Origin: an uncultured Thermotogae bacterium
Lineage (GTDB): Bacteria > Bipolaricaulota > Bipolaricaulia > UBA7950 > UBA9294
Length of the DNA stretch: 64,000 bases
Assembly (NCBI GenBank): GCA_964547105.1
Contig: CAZJLO010000002.1
Location: forward strand, 40,779-104,778
Reading direction: 5' to 3'
The position numbers and the translations under genes were made by a program. Below, piece after piece: positions 1-10,350 of the stretch. Within the stretch, counting starts at the first letter, position 1; every line of letters begins with the position of its first letter. The notes below the pieces were generated by a model that did no database searches, was not told the DNA's origin, and was given only the letters and a program-made list of their open reading frames with translations.

Positions 1-548
1 GCGCTCCGGATGCCTCCGGATGCCTTGACGAGAGCGGCGTTCTTGACGGCGGACTGCATGAGATGGATATCGTGAACCGTGGCGCCGCCGGTGGAGAACC
101 CAGTGGAGGTCTTGACAAAGTCGAGACCGGCTTGAACGGCAAGCTCACATGCCTTGATCTTCTCATCATCTGTGAGGAGACACGTTTCGAGAATGACCTT
201 GACGATGTGGCCTTCCGTTGCCGACCGTAGTGCCTCCATCTCGCGGAGAACATAGCTGCCGTCGCCAGCCTTGAGAGCGGCGATGTTCATGACGAAGTCG
301 ATTTCATCGGCTCCTTGATCGAGCGCCTCTCGCGTCTCGAAGACCTTATTTTCGATGGTGAAACCGCCTGTGTGGAACCCGATTGCAGCATCTACTTTGA
401 CCGGAGTGCCGGCAAGCAGCTTGGCACAGCGGGCGACGTGGATCGGATGAACGGCGACGGAAGCAAAGCAGAACTTGGCTGCTTCAAGACAGGTACGAGC
501 AAGATCTCCGTAGCGGGCGTCAATGCGGAGCTCTGTGTGATCGATCAT
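1..548 (-). CDS. deoC: deoxyribose-phosphate aldolase (DeoC), C-terminally truncated by window edge
   Basis: Minus-strand translation from ATG at 548 reads MIDHTELRIDARYGDLARTCLEAAKFCFASVAVHPIHVARCAKLLAGTPVKVDAAIGFHTGGFTIENKVF...GLDFVKTSTGF, typical class I DeoC (TIM barrel, KTSTGF lysine region); runs off position 1. Confidence 0.8.
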   Translation of the reverse strand, partial: MIDHTELRIDARYGDLARTCLEAAKFCFASVAVHPIHVARCAKLLAGTPVKVDAAIGFHTGGFTIENKVFETREALDQGADEIDFVMNIAALKAGDGSYVLREMEALRSATEGHIVKVILETCLLTDDEKIKACELAVQAGLDFVKTSTGFSTGGATVHDIHLMQSAVKNAALVKASGGIRS

Positions 549-672
549 CGCAGAGATGTGTGAGTGTATTGGCTGTGACAAGCAGGACTCCTTTCTTCTT
601 GTGAAATAGGGGATGACCCCGGTTCGGTCATCCCCGCAATCAAAGTCAGTCTGCTGCACTCATTCGGCCAGG

Positions 673-1734
673 TCACTTGTCCGGACCTGCGTCTGGTTTC
701 TTGAGAGGCTTCTTGTGTCTCCCGCGGAGGAAGATTGCCCGGATCTGTTCGCCGAGCCGCAGTCCGTTGCGGGAAGCGGCTACCTGGAGGTTGATCACGA
801 CGGCAACGAGGATTACGCCTCCGAGGACGGCGTCCTGGATGTAGGCGTTGGTTCCCATCAGAACCAGTCCGTTCTTGATCACAGCAAGGATGAACGAACC
901 GATAAACGCTCCGCCGATGCTGCCAATGCCTCCGGAAAGGGCAGTCCCGCCGATGACGGTAGACGCAATCGCATCCAGCTCATAGCCGGCACCCTGGGTT
1001 GGCGACACCATTCGGAGGAAGCAGAGGGATACGATCCCTGCGAATCCAGCGGCGAACGAGGTGAGGATGAAATTCGTAATCTTGATCCGGTCGGTGTTGA
1101 TCCCGGAGAGGCGTGCGGCACGAATGTTCCCGCCGGTCGCGTAGACCTTGTATCCGAACGTGGTCTTGCTCAGAAGAAGCCAGCTGAGCACAACCACGAC
1201 CAGCAGCCAGATGATCGGGATAGGGAGGACGTCCCCAAGAACTCCTCCGCCCATGATCTTGGCGATCAGGCCGCGATCTCCCAGAACGCGAGGGCGGCTT
1301 CCGGAAACGACCAAGACAATGCTGCGAACGATCATCATGGTGGCCATGGTGGCGATGAACGAAGGAATCTTCGCTTTGGTCACCACGAGGCCGTTGAACA
1401 ACCCGATGAGGCAGCAGCAAATCAGAGCGAGCACGAAGGACAGAACGGGGGCGATGCCGGCTTCCATCATGACAATGGCGGAGATCCCGCTTAAGGCGAA
1501 CGTCGATCCGATCGACAGATCGAACTCACCGGAGATGATCAGGAACGTGACGGCCATCGTCATAATCCCGAGTAGCGAACTCTGCCGCAGTACATTCATC
1601 AGGTTGTTGGCGGTGAAGAACGTGGATGTGGAGAGCCCAAAAAACAGCATGATGAGCACCAGGGCAAGGAGCACCCCGGACTCACGCATAGAGAAAAAGC
1701 GAGCGATCAGTTTCTTCATATCATCTATCCTCAT
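673..1734 (-). CDS. sugar (ribose-type) ABC transporter permease
   Basis: 408-aa ORF; real start probably MRIDDMKKLIARFF (ATG 1734) or MKK (1719) abutting ATPase stop at 1721; ~10 TM segments, RbsC/branched-chain-type permease motifs (GEFDLSIG, TAIVIGGT). Confidence 0.85.
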   Translation of the reverse strand: MRIDDMKKLIARFFSMRESGVLLALVLIMLFFGLSTSTFFTANNLMNVLRQSSLLGIMTMAVTFLIISGEFDLSIGSTFALSGISAIVMMEAGIAPVLSFVLALICCCLIGLFNGLVVTKAKIPSFIATMATMMIVRSIVLVVSGSRPRVLGDRGLIAKIMGGGVLGDVLPIPIIWLLVVVVLSWLLLSKTTFGYKVYATGGNIRAARLSGINTDRIKITNFILTSFAAGFAGIVSLCFLRMVSPTQGAGYELDAIASTVIGGTALSGGIGSIGGAFIGSFILAVIKNGLVLMGTNAYIQDAVLGGVILVAVVINLQVAASRNGLRLGEQIRAIFLRGRHKKPLKKPDAGPDK

Positions 1735-3397
1735 GATTGCCCGAAGAACGCAGTTTCCCCTGACCTGATGAGGAGGCGGGTCTGCTGCCGTTGGGACTTG
1801 CTGTGCATCCACTGCCGAGACCCTGATGAACATTGATCTCGTGAACGATATTGGCGACAGTGACATTGCTTCCGGACAGTTCGGCAACGATGCGCCCATT
1901 GGCCATGACCAGGATACGGTTGGCGACTTGGACGAGTTCTTCGGAGTCCAACGAAACGTAGATTGCAGAGACCCCGTCCCGTACGAGCTCGAGGATCATT
2001 CGGCGGATCTCCATTTTGGCGCCGACGTCGATCCCGCGGGTCGGCTCATCGAGAAGAAGGATGCGGGGCTTCGCCGCCAGCCACCGGCCCAAGAGCACCT
2101 TTTGCTGGTTCCCGCCCGATAGGCTGGCCGCCTGTGCGTGGATCGATGGCGTGCTGACCTGCATCGATCGGACGCACTCTTCAGCAACCCGCGACTCGGC
2201 GCGGCGGTCGATAAATCCGACGGTAGCGAGATTGTCGAGCACGACAGCAGACGCGTTGGAGCGAACGGGTTGCTCGTAGAAGAGCTCGTCTGCACGCGAT
2301 TCGGTCAAGTAAGCCATCTTCCGCTGGATGCCGTGACGAGGCGTGCGAGCATGGAAGGATTCGCCGTCGAGGATAAGCTGTCCGGTTGTTGGTCGATGGA
2401 CGCCGAATAGGCACTCAAGAAGCTCGGTTCGACCTGCGCCACGCAGGCCCGCTAATCCGAGGACCTCGCCGGGAGCAAGATCGAAGGATATGTCTTTGAG
2501 TCCGAGCCGGTCGTGGCAAAGCCCTTGAACTCGCAGCCGCGGGCACTTGCCGCCTGAATCTGTGGTGATTGCCTGCTTCGCGTTCTCAATGTCATCGGTC
2601 GTCACCCCGCAGCCGACGATTAGCTCAGTCAGGCGGGAGACGGATAGGTCGTGGTTCACATTGTCTTCGGTGGACACGAACCGGCCGTTGCGAAGAACCG
2701 TGATGCGGTCGCAAATGGTAATGACCTCGTTGAGCCGGTGGCTGACGAACACAAACGTCGTTCCTGCTGATCTGAGCTTTCGAAGAACGCCAAACAGTAG
2801 CGAAACCTCGTCTTCCGAAAGGGAAGAGGTGGCTTCATCGAGGATGACGAGTTTGGCATCTTCCACAAGGGCCTTGGCGATGAGTACAAGCTGGCGTTCG
2901 GCCGCGGAACAGCGAGAAACGGGACGCCTCGGATTTAGGTCGATCCCCAGTCGATGAAGCGTCTCCGCTGACCGGCGAACCATCGCGGCTCGGTCGAGGA
3001 GAGGGCCGCGGTGCGGGGGGGTGGGGTCAAGAAAGATGTTCTCTGCGACCGTCAGGTTCTGACAAATCGGCACTTCTTGGTGCACGATCTGGATCCCAAG
3101 TGACTCCGCATCACGAGGATCATGGCAGATGGCCGGCTGGCCATCGAAGATCATCTGCCCGGTATCAGGGGAATACACGCCGCCTGTGACCTTGATCAAC
3201 GTGCTCTTGCCGGCTCCATTTTCTCCGATCAGGCCGTGAATCTCGTGCGTATCGATGGAAAAAGACACATCGCGAAGTGCATGAACCCCCCCGAATGACT
3301 TGGTCATTCCGCGGTACTCCACAAGCCGGCGCTTTCGACACACGGCTTCTCCGCTGGTGGCGGCTGTCTGGTGCGCGATTTCCTGCATCGTCATCAT
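1721..3397 (-). CDS. sugar ABC transporter ATP-binding protein with two ABC domains (RbsA-like)
   Basis: 558 aa; two Walker A motifs (GENGAGKST ; GLRGAGRTEL), LSGGNQQK signature, start/stop packed against neighbours. Confidence 0.9.
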   Translation of the reverse strand: MMTMQEIAHQTAATSGEAVCRKRRLVEYRGMTKSFGGVHALRDVSFSIDTHEIHGLIGENGAGKSTLIKVTGGVYSPDTGQMIFDGQPAICHDPRDAESLGIQIVHQEVPICQNLTVAENIFLDPTPPHRGPLLDRAAMVRRSAETLHRLGIDLNPRRPVSRCSAAERQLVLIAKALVEDAKLVILDEATSSLSEDEVSLLFGVLRKLRSAGTTFVFVSHRLNEVITICDRITVLRNGRFVSTEDNVNHDLSVSRLTELIVGCGVTTDDIENAKQAITTDSGGKCPRLRVQGLCHDRLGLKDISFDLAPGEVLGLAGLRGAGRTELLECLFGVHRPTTGQLILDGESFHARTPRHGIQRKMAYLTESRADELFYEQPVRSNASAVVLDNLATVGFIDRRAESRVAEECVRSMQVSTPSIHAQAASLSGGNQQKVLLGRWLAAKPRILLLDEPTRGIDVGAKMEIRRMILELVRDGVSAIYVSLDSEELVQVANRILVMANGRIVAELSGSNVTVANIVHEINVHQGLGSGCTASPNGSRPASSSGQGKLRSSGNHEDR

Positions 3398-3400
3398 CGG

Positions 3401-3754
3401 CTACTTCGGGGCAATCTCGTAGCTTGTCGTTTGACGCCAGATCTTGCCATTCTTGCATACAAGAGTGTCGAACGCGTCCTTGATCGTTCCAGCATCGGAG
3501 TCAAGCGCCCAGCGAAGGAGCATCATATCCCCCTCGACGGTCATCCCGGCCTTCGGATTGTCGTAGGGGCGCATGTTCGGCATGTCCGCTCGCAGCTGCT
3601 GCAGAGCGCCCGCAATCTGGGCCGGGCCCTTGAAGACGCCGCCGAGGCCGATCAAGACAGCATCATCTGTGTAATCGAACTTCATTGCTTCGACGTCGCC
3701 CGAGAAGACGGCCTCGTTGTGATGATCAAGAATCTCCTGCAATGTCCGCTCCAT
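3401..3754 (-). CDS. NTF2/SnoaL-like small protein
   Basis: 117 aa ORF wedged with 3-nt gap between ABC ATPase and binding protein; SnoaL-like polyketide cyclase-fold style sequence; no signal peptide. Confidence 0.5.
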   Translation of the reverse strand: MERTLQEILDHHNEAVFSGDVEAMKFDYTDDAVLIGLGGVFKGPAQIAGALQQLRADMPNMRPYDNPKAGMTVEGDMMLLRWALDSDAGTIKDAFDTLVCKNGKIWRQTTSYEIAPK

Positions 3755-3833
3755 TTTCTTGTCCTTTCCTCATTGGTGACGTGTTCGTAAAGCAGGGGCG
3801 GGCCGACGAGGCGGCCCGCCCGAATTGCCTGGT

Positions 3834-4823
3834 CTAGCGGTAGCCAGCGGCGATCAGTTCAGTAAGGCCGAAGGCTTCGACGTCTGCTCCCGTCACAACA
3901 TGCCCGCCGGTATTCACGGAGGAGGGCTTAATCCCGAGCGTGTTCCAGAGGTAGAGCTGCATGAACGAAAGGAACCCCTCGGAGTATGGGTGCTGGTCGA
4001 TTGTGAACGCCATGGTGCCGTCGGCGAGAGCTCCGGCGACTTCTTCCGTGAGGTCGAATCCAGCACAGAAGACCTGACCCTCGAGGCCGTTGTTCGAGAT
4101 GAACTGCGCGGCGACCGGGCTTCCTGTGGTATCTACGGCGCAGAAAGCAGCTACATCAGGGTTGGCCAAGTAGTAGCTTTCGACGGCACCGTAGGCAGTG
4201 ACGCGATCGTGCGTGGTGTCGATCACGTCAATCTCGACGCCGACTGGCTCAAGTACGGTCCGGCCCGCCTCCATGCGGTCCTCAAGCGAGGTCTGGCCCG
4301 GGTTCTCCGTCAGGAAGCAGACCTTCTTGCCGGCCGGGTCAGATCCGAGGAGCTCGAGGATGTACTCGCCCCAAGCGATCCCGGCGGCGTAGTTGTCCTG
4401 ACCGATGTACGCGAGACCGTACTTGTCGGCGGCTTCTGTCCCGGTGGCCATGATGACGATCGGAATCCCTGCATCGATGTACTTCTCGATGACCGTATCG
4501 AGCGAGTTCGGAACTGCGACAAATACGGCAACCGCGTCTACGCCACTGGCGAGAAGCGTCTCAAGGACATCGAGCTCCGCCGCAATGTCGCCGTCAGAGG
4601 GTCCAAGATGCTGTGCTTGAGCACCGACCATTTCGGCTGCATCCTTGAATCCCTGGAAAACTGGAACCCAGAACTGAACTGATGTTGCAATGGTCACCAT
4701 CGCGAAATCAAGATCACCATCGGCCTGCTCGTACTGAGCAAGCGGGCTTTGCGCGCCGACCACAAGACCGCACATCAACAACGCTACTGCAAGAACTGCT
4801 GCCACACTATGAAATCTTCGCAT
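3834..4823 (-). CDS. sugar ABC transporter periplasmic substrate-binding protein (RbsB-like)
   Basis: 329 aa, N-terminal signal peptide (MRRFHSVAAVLAVALLMCGLVVGAQS), type I periplasmic binding fold sequence (AVDTTGSPVAAQFI..). Confidence 0.85.
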   Translation of the reverse strand: MRRFHSVAAVLAVALLMCGLVVGAQSPLAQYEQADGDLDFAMVTIATSVQFWVPVFQGFKDAAEMVGAQAQHLGPSDGDIAAELDVLETLLASGVDAVAVFVAVPNSLDTVIEKYIDAGIPIVIMATGTEAADKYGLAYIGQDNYAAGIAWGEYILELLGSDPAGKKVCFLTENPGQTSLEDRMEAGRTVLEPVGVEIDVIDTTHDRVTAYGAVESYYLANPDVAAFCAVDTTGSPVAAQFISNNGLEGQVFCAGFDLTEEVAGALADGTMAFTIDQHPYSEGFLSFMQLYLWNTLGIKPSSVNTGGHVVTGADVEAFGLTELIAAGYR

Positions 4824-5245
4824 TCAATGCCTCCTTCATCCGCCCTGCTGTTGAACGATTCTACCGCTTCCTGTGCAAGAGAGTCAGATACTGAGTACGG
4901 GGCTGCAACCACCTCCTGCCTTCGACCAGAGAGCCTCTTGTTCGAGGCAGGTGGACACGGCGAGACAACGAGCTGGGAACGGAGCGGGTATAGTTCCGGT
5001 TGAGATGTGGAGAGGACGAAACGACCCGCAAACCCACGATGCATCGTGTAAACCAACGTGGTGACGCCTTGTTCTCCTACCTCGCAGCTGATCAGTCGTA
5101 AGGATCATAGGTCGTAAGGATCTCTTTACATCATTATATGGTGATATCTCTCCGGAATCAACCATGAGGAGAAAGAGACAGGCACAGCGACTGAGCCATG
5201 CCTGTCCCTCGTGATCAGAGTACGGGGGGTCTATTTGCTTGCTGG

Positions 5246-6787
5246 TCAGGTTACCTGGGCAAGCCGAGTACACAGATCGCTAATCGCGGCCACGGCGTCC
5301 TTGAAGATTGGCTTCAACTGACGGTAACGGGCGGATGCTTCTGGGGTTGGGGTGCAGTGGTGCACGACTTGTGTGAGATCATCAACTACGGTGAAGTCTT
5401 TCCAGAGGCCGACGCCGACTCCACCGATCATCGCCGCTCCAAGTGCCGCTGCTTCCTGTCCGATGTTGCTCACGTTTACCGGAATCTCAAATACGTCGGT
5501 GAGGATCTGCCGCCAAAGCGGACTCTTGCCGCCACCGCCCACGAGGTTCATCTCGGACGGTATGACACCGCGCTTCCGGTAGTGGTCGAGGATCAGCCCA
5601 AGGTCGAGACTGACCCCTTCCATGGCTGAGCGGATGACATCGGCTCGACTGTGACCGGGGCCGATTCCGATGTAGGCGCCCTTCAGGTCAGGATTGTCTG
5701 CGTGGATGTTGCCGCCGCCGGAGAACGTGCTAAGAAACATCAGTTGGTTGGATCCAGTCGGCGATGTTGCCGCCTCAACCTCCATCAGGGTGAAGGGATC
5801 GGCTGATTGTTGCTTGGCAGCTTCGACCTCGCTTCTGCAGATGACGTCTTGAACCCATTGATATGTACTTCCGGCGGAGTAGACCCCCATCTGAGGCGTG
5901 TACATGCCAGGGACGACATGGCAGAAATTGGAGATTCGCACTTCGTCTCCGATGACCGGGGTTTCGCTTGCCACCGACATCCAGCCGGACGTGCCGATGT
6001 ACGAGTAGATACGGTCTTTGCTGACAACGCCTGCGCCTGCCGCCGTGCATGGCACGTCTTCGCCGCCGACGACGACGGGAATCCCTGCGGGAAGCCCCAT
6101 TTCCTTTGCGGGAGCGGGAAGCAGCTCGCCGGCGATGTGGGTGGACGGGAACACGTCAGGGAGTTTCTCGGCAGGGAAGTCCGCGGCTGCGAGGAGTTCC
6201 TCGGAGTAGGCCATCTTGTGGATGTCAAAGAATCCCGACAGCTGCGCATCGGAGGGATCCGTGACCTGGGCTCCCGTCATGCGGAGCGTGATGTAATCCT
6301 TCGTTCCAAGGAACTTGTGCGTCTTGTGGAACAGATCCGGCTCGTTGTCTCGATACCACATGAGTTTGAATCCTGTGTAGAAAGCTGGATCGAACGCGCA
6401 GCCGGTCTTTCGGTACCACTCGTCCAAGCCGGTCTTGTCGAGGACGCGTGCCGCTTGCTCCGAACTGCGCGAGTCAAACCATACCATTGTGGATTCGCGC
6501 AACAGGTTTCCGTTCTCGTCGACCGGGACGTTTCCCATGCCGTGTCCATCGAAGGAGATGACGGCAACTTCGTTGACGTCGATCCCCGTCTTGGAAATGA
6601 CATCCTTGGTTCCGGCGACGATTGCGTTCCACCAATCGTTTGGCTTCTGCTCAGCCCAGCGCGGCTGCGGATACTCCGTTCCGTAGGATTGGAACGACTT
6701 GCCGAGAAGGGTACCATCCCGATCGTAGAGAACGACCTTGCTTCCACCTGTTCCCATGTCGTGAGCGATGATGTAGCGCTTTGCCAT
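5246..6787 (-). CDS. FGGY-family carbohydrate kinase (xylulokinase/ribulokinase-like)
   Basis: 513 aa; N-terminal IIAHDMGTGGSKVVLYD actin-fold phosphate-1 motif, GGG..S..W motif near C-terminus. Confidence 0.85.
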   Translation of the reverse strand: MAKRYIIAHDMGTGGSKVVLYDRDGTLLGKSFQSYGTEYPQPRWAEQKPNDWWNAIVAGTKDVISKTGIDVNEVAVISFDGHGMGNVPVDENGNLLRESTMVWFDSRSSEQAARVLDKTGLDEWYRKTGCAFDPAFYTGFKLMWYRDNEPDLFHKTHKFLGTKDYITLRMTGAQVTDPSDAQLSGFFDIHKMAYSEELLAAADFPAEKLPDVFPSTHIAGELLPAPAKEMGLPAGIPVVVGGEDVPCTAAGAGVVSKDRIYSYIGTSGWMSVASETPVIGDEVRISNFCHVVPGMYTPQMGVYSAGSTYQWVQDVICRSEVEAAKQQSADPFTLMEVEAATSPTGSNQLMFLSTFSGGGNIHADNPDLKGAYIGIGPGHSRADVIRSAMEGVSLDLGLILDHYRKRGVIPSEMNLVGGGGKSPLWRQILTDVFEIPVNVSNIGQEAAALGAAMIGGVGVGLWKDFTVVDDLTQVVHHCTPTPEASARYRQLKPIFKDAVAAISDLCTRLAQVT

Positions 6788-7150
6788 GCATGCCTCCTTC
6801 TTGTTCTATCGCGATGCGTTGGTTCGGCAGGGTTGTTCGCCGGTCCCGCAGCCGGATCGCATCCAGTCTGACGAAAATACGATAACACTCTGTCATAACA
6901 ACATTACAACCTAGTCGCAAGCATTCTAGATCTCCGCCCCACAGGTGTCAAGGTCGAATACGAAGCGGACTCTTGCCTCTTGCTCTTCTACCCTGCCAGG
7001 GGCAAACAGCTCTCGACACTCCTTGGAAGCGCCCAGCGTAACGTGATGAGGCGAGCGAGGGAAGCTACAATACGCGGATCCGCCGCTGCTGATCGGAACA
7101 GGATCTCCGGCCGGAGACTCAAAGACTGACGAAGTGGAGCTTGAGATACC

Positions 7151-8812
7151 ATGATGAACGTCGACAAGCAAGGCTGGCCCCAGACGGTCTACGAGGCATT
7201 CACGCGTAGCGTGGAACGTTTCCCTGATCGGATCGCAGTTCGAAACACGCAGCCGCAACCAGGCGAGTGCGAAACGGTGAGTTACTCGGAGTTGGATCGG
7301 ATGGTGAACCGCGCTGCATCCGGACTTGCCGGCCTCGGTATCGGCAAGGGAGATCGCGTCGCCATCCACGCACGTCCCTCGATCGGCTACGCCGCCATCT
7401 TCCTTGCGAGTCTGATGCGCGGCGCGTGGGTCGTGCCGCTCGACCCACAGCTGAGGGAGAACGAGTTTCGAACCCTTGTCGAGAAAGCAGGACCGAAGGC
7501 AGTGTTCACCACTCAATCGGCCTCCGATGGAATTCGCGACGTTTCTTCGAGGGTTTTCGAACTCGATGCAGCCGGCGCGCGTGGGTTCGCGGCGTTGCTT
7601 GGCGAAGGTGATGCTTTCCCGGAGGTTGTGGCGCTTGCCCCCGAAGACACGGCCGTGTTGGCATTCACGTCGGGAACGACCGGGCAAGCCAAGGGGGTGG
7701 TCCTGTCGCATCGGAACTTGATTGCCGATGCGTTCCTTTCATCCACCGTCATGCCGATCACCGAGCAAGATGTATTCTTGAGTATCGCACCGTGGCACCA
7801 CCTTCTCGGCCTGACCAGCTCCCTGATCGTTCCGCTGATCCGCGGCGCACAGACGATGTATACCAACGACCATCGAAGGTTGGCGCCGCTTTTGAAGGCT
7901 CATGGGGTCAGCATTTTCATCGGAGTTCCCAAGCTGTACCATGCGTTGTACGTGCGAATGGTGGGGCAGGCGCGGCGGACGCTTGTCGGCCGAGTGCTGT
8001 TCCGCGTTGCCCCCAAGCTTGTCGGAAGGACGATTCGGAACAAGCTCACCGCCGGACATCTGCGGTTCTTCGTCAGCGGATCTGCGCCGCTTGATGGGGA
8101 AGTCAGCAGTGGCTTCCGGCGGCTGGGGATCGGGTTGCTGGAGGGATATGGTTTGACAGAGACATCTCCGATCGTCTGTTTTTGCGACCCGTTCACCAAG
8201 AAGACAGGGACGGTGGGAAAGCCTCTTCCAGGGGTCGAAGCGAAGCTGATCGGGGCCAACGCTGATGGGATCGGCGAACTCTGCCTGCGTGGACCGATCA
8301 TCATGCAAGGGTATCTCGACAATGAGCAAGCGACCTCGGCGATGATCGATCAAGACGGCTGGCTGCACACGGGAGATCTTGCCATGCTTGACGCAGACGG
8401 CGAGATCTACCTGAAAGGTCGCGCGAAGAATGTGATCGTCCTTGAGAACGGCAAGAACGTTTACCCTGAGGAGATCGAGTGGGAGATGTCTTCGGTGCGC
8501 TACGTTGAGGAGATCATGGTCCGCGGGCGGGTGGTGAGCGGCCGCGAGGTTGTGGAAGCGCTGGTGTATCCGAACAGCGATCAGTTGGCCGAAGATGGCA
8601 TCAGCGGGGCGGAGCGGATCCACGCCGCAGTCTGGGATGCGATGCGCGCCCGCCAGTCGCGGCTGTCGCCGCACAAGCGACTGCATGGGCGGGATCGGCT
8701 GGTGATTGTCGAGCAGCCGTTTCCCAAGACCAGCACGCTGGACATCAAGCGGCACGTGCCGTTCGATGCTCTGGATGATCAGAGGAGAAACGCGTCCGAC
8801 GGATCCGTTTGA
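7151..8812 (+). CDS. AMP-dependent synthetase / acyl-CoA ligase
   Basis: 553 aa; AMP-binding motif TSGTTGQAKGV, YGLTETSP, GELCLRGP..GY, LKGRAKNVIV..G.NVYP. Confidence 0.85.
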   Translation: MMNVDKQGWPQTVYEAFTRSVERFPDRIAVRNTQPQPGECETVSYSELDRMVNRAASGLAGLGIGKGDRVAIHARPSIGYAAIFLASLMRGAWVVPLDPQLRENEFRTLVEKAGPKAVFTTQSASDGIRDVSSRVFELDAAGARGFAALLGEGDAFPEVVALAPEDTAVLAFTSGTTGQAKGVVLSHRNLIADAFLSSTVMPITEQDVFLSIAPWHHLLGLTSSLIVPLIRGAQTMYTNDHRRLAPLLKAHGVSIFIGVPKLYHALYVRMVGQARRTLVGRVLFRVAPKLVGRTIRNKLTAGHLRFFVSGSAPLDGEVSSGFRRLGIGLLEGYGLTETSPIVCFCDPFTKKTGTVGKPLPGVEAKLIGANADGIGELCLRGPIIMQGYLDNEQATSAMIDQDGWLHTGDLAMLDADGEIYLKGRAKNVIVLENGKNVYPEEIEWEMSSVRYVEEIMVRGRVVSGREVVEALVYPNSDQLAEDGISGAERIHAAVWDAMRARQSRLSPHKRLHGRDRLVIVEQPFPKTSTLDIKRHVPFDALDDQRRNASDGSV

Positions 8813-10350
8813 TCGATGGGAAATGCAAGAGCATGGGAGATGAGAGGATGACGCACGACGACCTTTGGGCGGATTCTTCTAATCGAGGCAAAGAGGCGGC
8901 ACACCGAGAGCGTTCGGGTTCAGGTTCACCCTTAGAAGACGCCGAATCGGATCTGGACAGCGTGATCGTCGGCGGTCGGGTCCTGTGCCCGTTTGGCGAC
9001 GAACTCGAAGCGGCGGCGATCGGGATTCGCGACGGCCGAATCGCCGCGATCGGGAGCGACCGAGCGTTGCAGCGGCATGCGCGAGAGCGGATCGATGCAC
9101 GGGGTCTGTGGATTCTTCCCGGAGCGATCGATGGACATACCCACATGGAAGCGCCGGCCTTCGGCGCGCAATCCGCTGACACCTTCGAGTCCGGGACGGC
9201 CGCCGCCGCTGCCGGTGGCGTGACCTCGATCATCGATTTCACGCTGGGGATGGCGGGGGTTCCGCTTTGCCGACAGATCGATCTGAGGCAGCAGCAGGCG
9301 CAACGCGCCATGGTCGATGTCGGGATGCACGCCGAAATCGTGACGTCGGAGCAGGCGGAGATCGAGGAGATTCGTGGTGCCGTCGAAGCAGGCGTGAGCA
9401 GCTTCAAGCACTACATGGTCTATGGAGAGCGGGTCGACCATGGTACGCTTCTGAAGTCGTTTCGCGCCATTGCCGCTGTCGGAGCGACAGCGATGGTCCA
9501 TGCCGAGGATCAAGAGATCGTCGAGGCGGCGACAAGAGAGCTCCGAGGCCTTCCATCCGAAGGGATGATGTTACTTCCCCGCAGTCGGCCGGAGGCAAGC
9601 GAAGCCGTTGCCGTAGCGGTTCTCGTCTGCCTGGCGGAACTAACCCGGGCGCACGTCCATGTGGCACACGTGAGCACCGCAGCGGCGTTGCAGCTGATCG
9701 CGGCGGCGAAACGGCGCGGTGTGGCCATTTCCGCGGAGACCTGTCCCCACTACCTTCTTCTGAGCGAGGATGCGTACAAGACTGGAAGCGCACGTCAGTT
9801 CTCCGTTGTGCCACCACTACGTACGGCGGCTGACAGCGCCGCGTTGTGGGCCGCCCTTGCTTGCGGCGTAGTCGACACGGTGGCGACGGATCACTGCCCG
9901 TTTCCGCGAAGCGCGAAGGATGCGCCAGCTGATCCGCTTCTGGTTCCTTGCGGGTTCCCCGGGGTCGAAACGATGGTGCCTCTCCTCTTCTCCTTTGGTG
10001 TGAGGACGTCGCGCATCTCGTTGTCGAAGTTCGTCTCGTGCATCAGCGGCCGCCCGGCTCTGCTTCTTGGCCTGTCACCGGCCAAGGGATCGCTGCAGAT
10101 CGGCGCCGATGCCGATCTGATGCTGTTTGATCCCGATGCAGCGTGGACGATCAGAGCGGATGCCCTGCACATGAACATCGACTTCTCCCCGTTCGAAGGG
10201 CAGAGGATCACTGGGAAAGTGTGTTCGACCCTTGTGCGCGGTCGCCCCGTGTTCCGTGACGGAGAGATTCTCGCTGCACCGGAGTGGGGGCAGTTCCTTC
10301 GGCGCCGTTGCCCTGCGAGTTCCTGCGGCTGGCCATCTCGGGAAACCTAA
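8809..10350 (+). CDS. cyclic amidohydrolase (D-hydantoinase/dihydropyrimidinase family)
   Basis: 513 aa; LPGAIDGHTHM metal-binding motif, G.TS..DF, HVAHVST carboxylated-lysine region; true start may be an internal Met; stop overlaps convergent ribokinase stop by 3 nt. Confidence 0.85.
   Translation: MIDGKCKSMGDERMTHDDLWADSSNRGKEAAHRERSGSGSPLEDAESDLDSVIVGGRVLCPFGDELEAAAIGIRDGRIAAIGSDRALQRHARERIDARGLWILPGAIDGHTHMEAPAFGAQSADTFESGTAAAAAGGVTSIIDFTLGMAGVPLCRQIDLRQQQAQRAMVDVGMHAEIVTSEQAEIEEIRGAVEAGVSSFKHYMVYGERVDHGTLLKSFRAIAAVGATAMVHAEDQEIVEAATRELRGLPSEGMMLLPRSRPEASEAVAVAVLVCLAELTRAHVHVAHVSTAAALQLIAAAKRRGVAISAETCPHYLLLSEDAYKTGSARQFSVVPPLRTAADSAALWAALACGVVDTVATDHCPFPRSAKDAPADPLLVPCGFPGVETMVPLLFSFGVRTSRISLSKFVSCISGRPALLLGLSPAKGSLQIGADADLMLFDPDAAWTIRADALHMNIDFSPFEGQRITGKVCSTLVRGRPVFRDGEILAAPEWGQFLRRRCPASSCGWPSRET

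Noticed and set aside
613-1494. 293-aa plus-strand ORF (Asp/Gly/His-rich)
   Set aside because: Lies antisense to the well-supported ABC permease; low-complexity composition typical of GC-rich antisense frames.
5807-6871. 354-aa plus-strand ORF
   Set aside because: Antisense to the FGGY kinase; no recognisable domain.
6926-7711. 261-aa minus-strand ORF spanning the divergent intergenic region and acyl-CoA ligase 5' end
   Set aside because: Arg/Cys-rich nonsense composition, overlaps a motif-supported gene on the other strand.
7739-8755. 338-aa minus-strand ORF
   Set aside because: Antisense to the acyl-CoA ligase with AMP-binding motifs on the plus strand.
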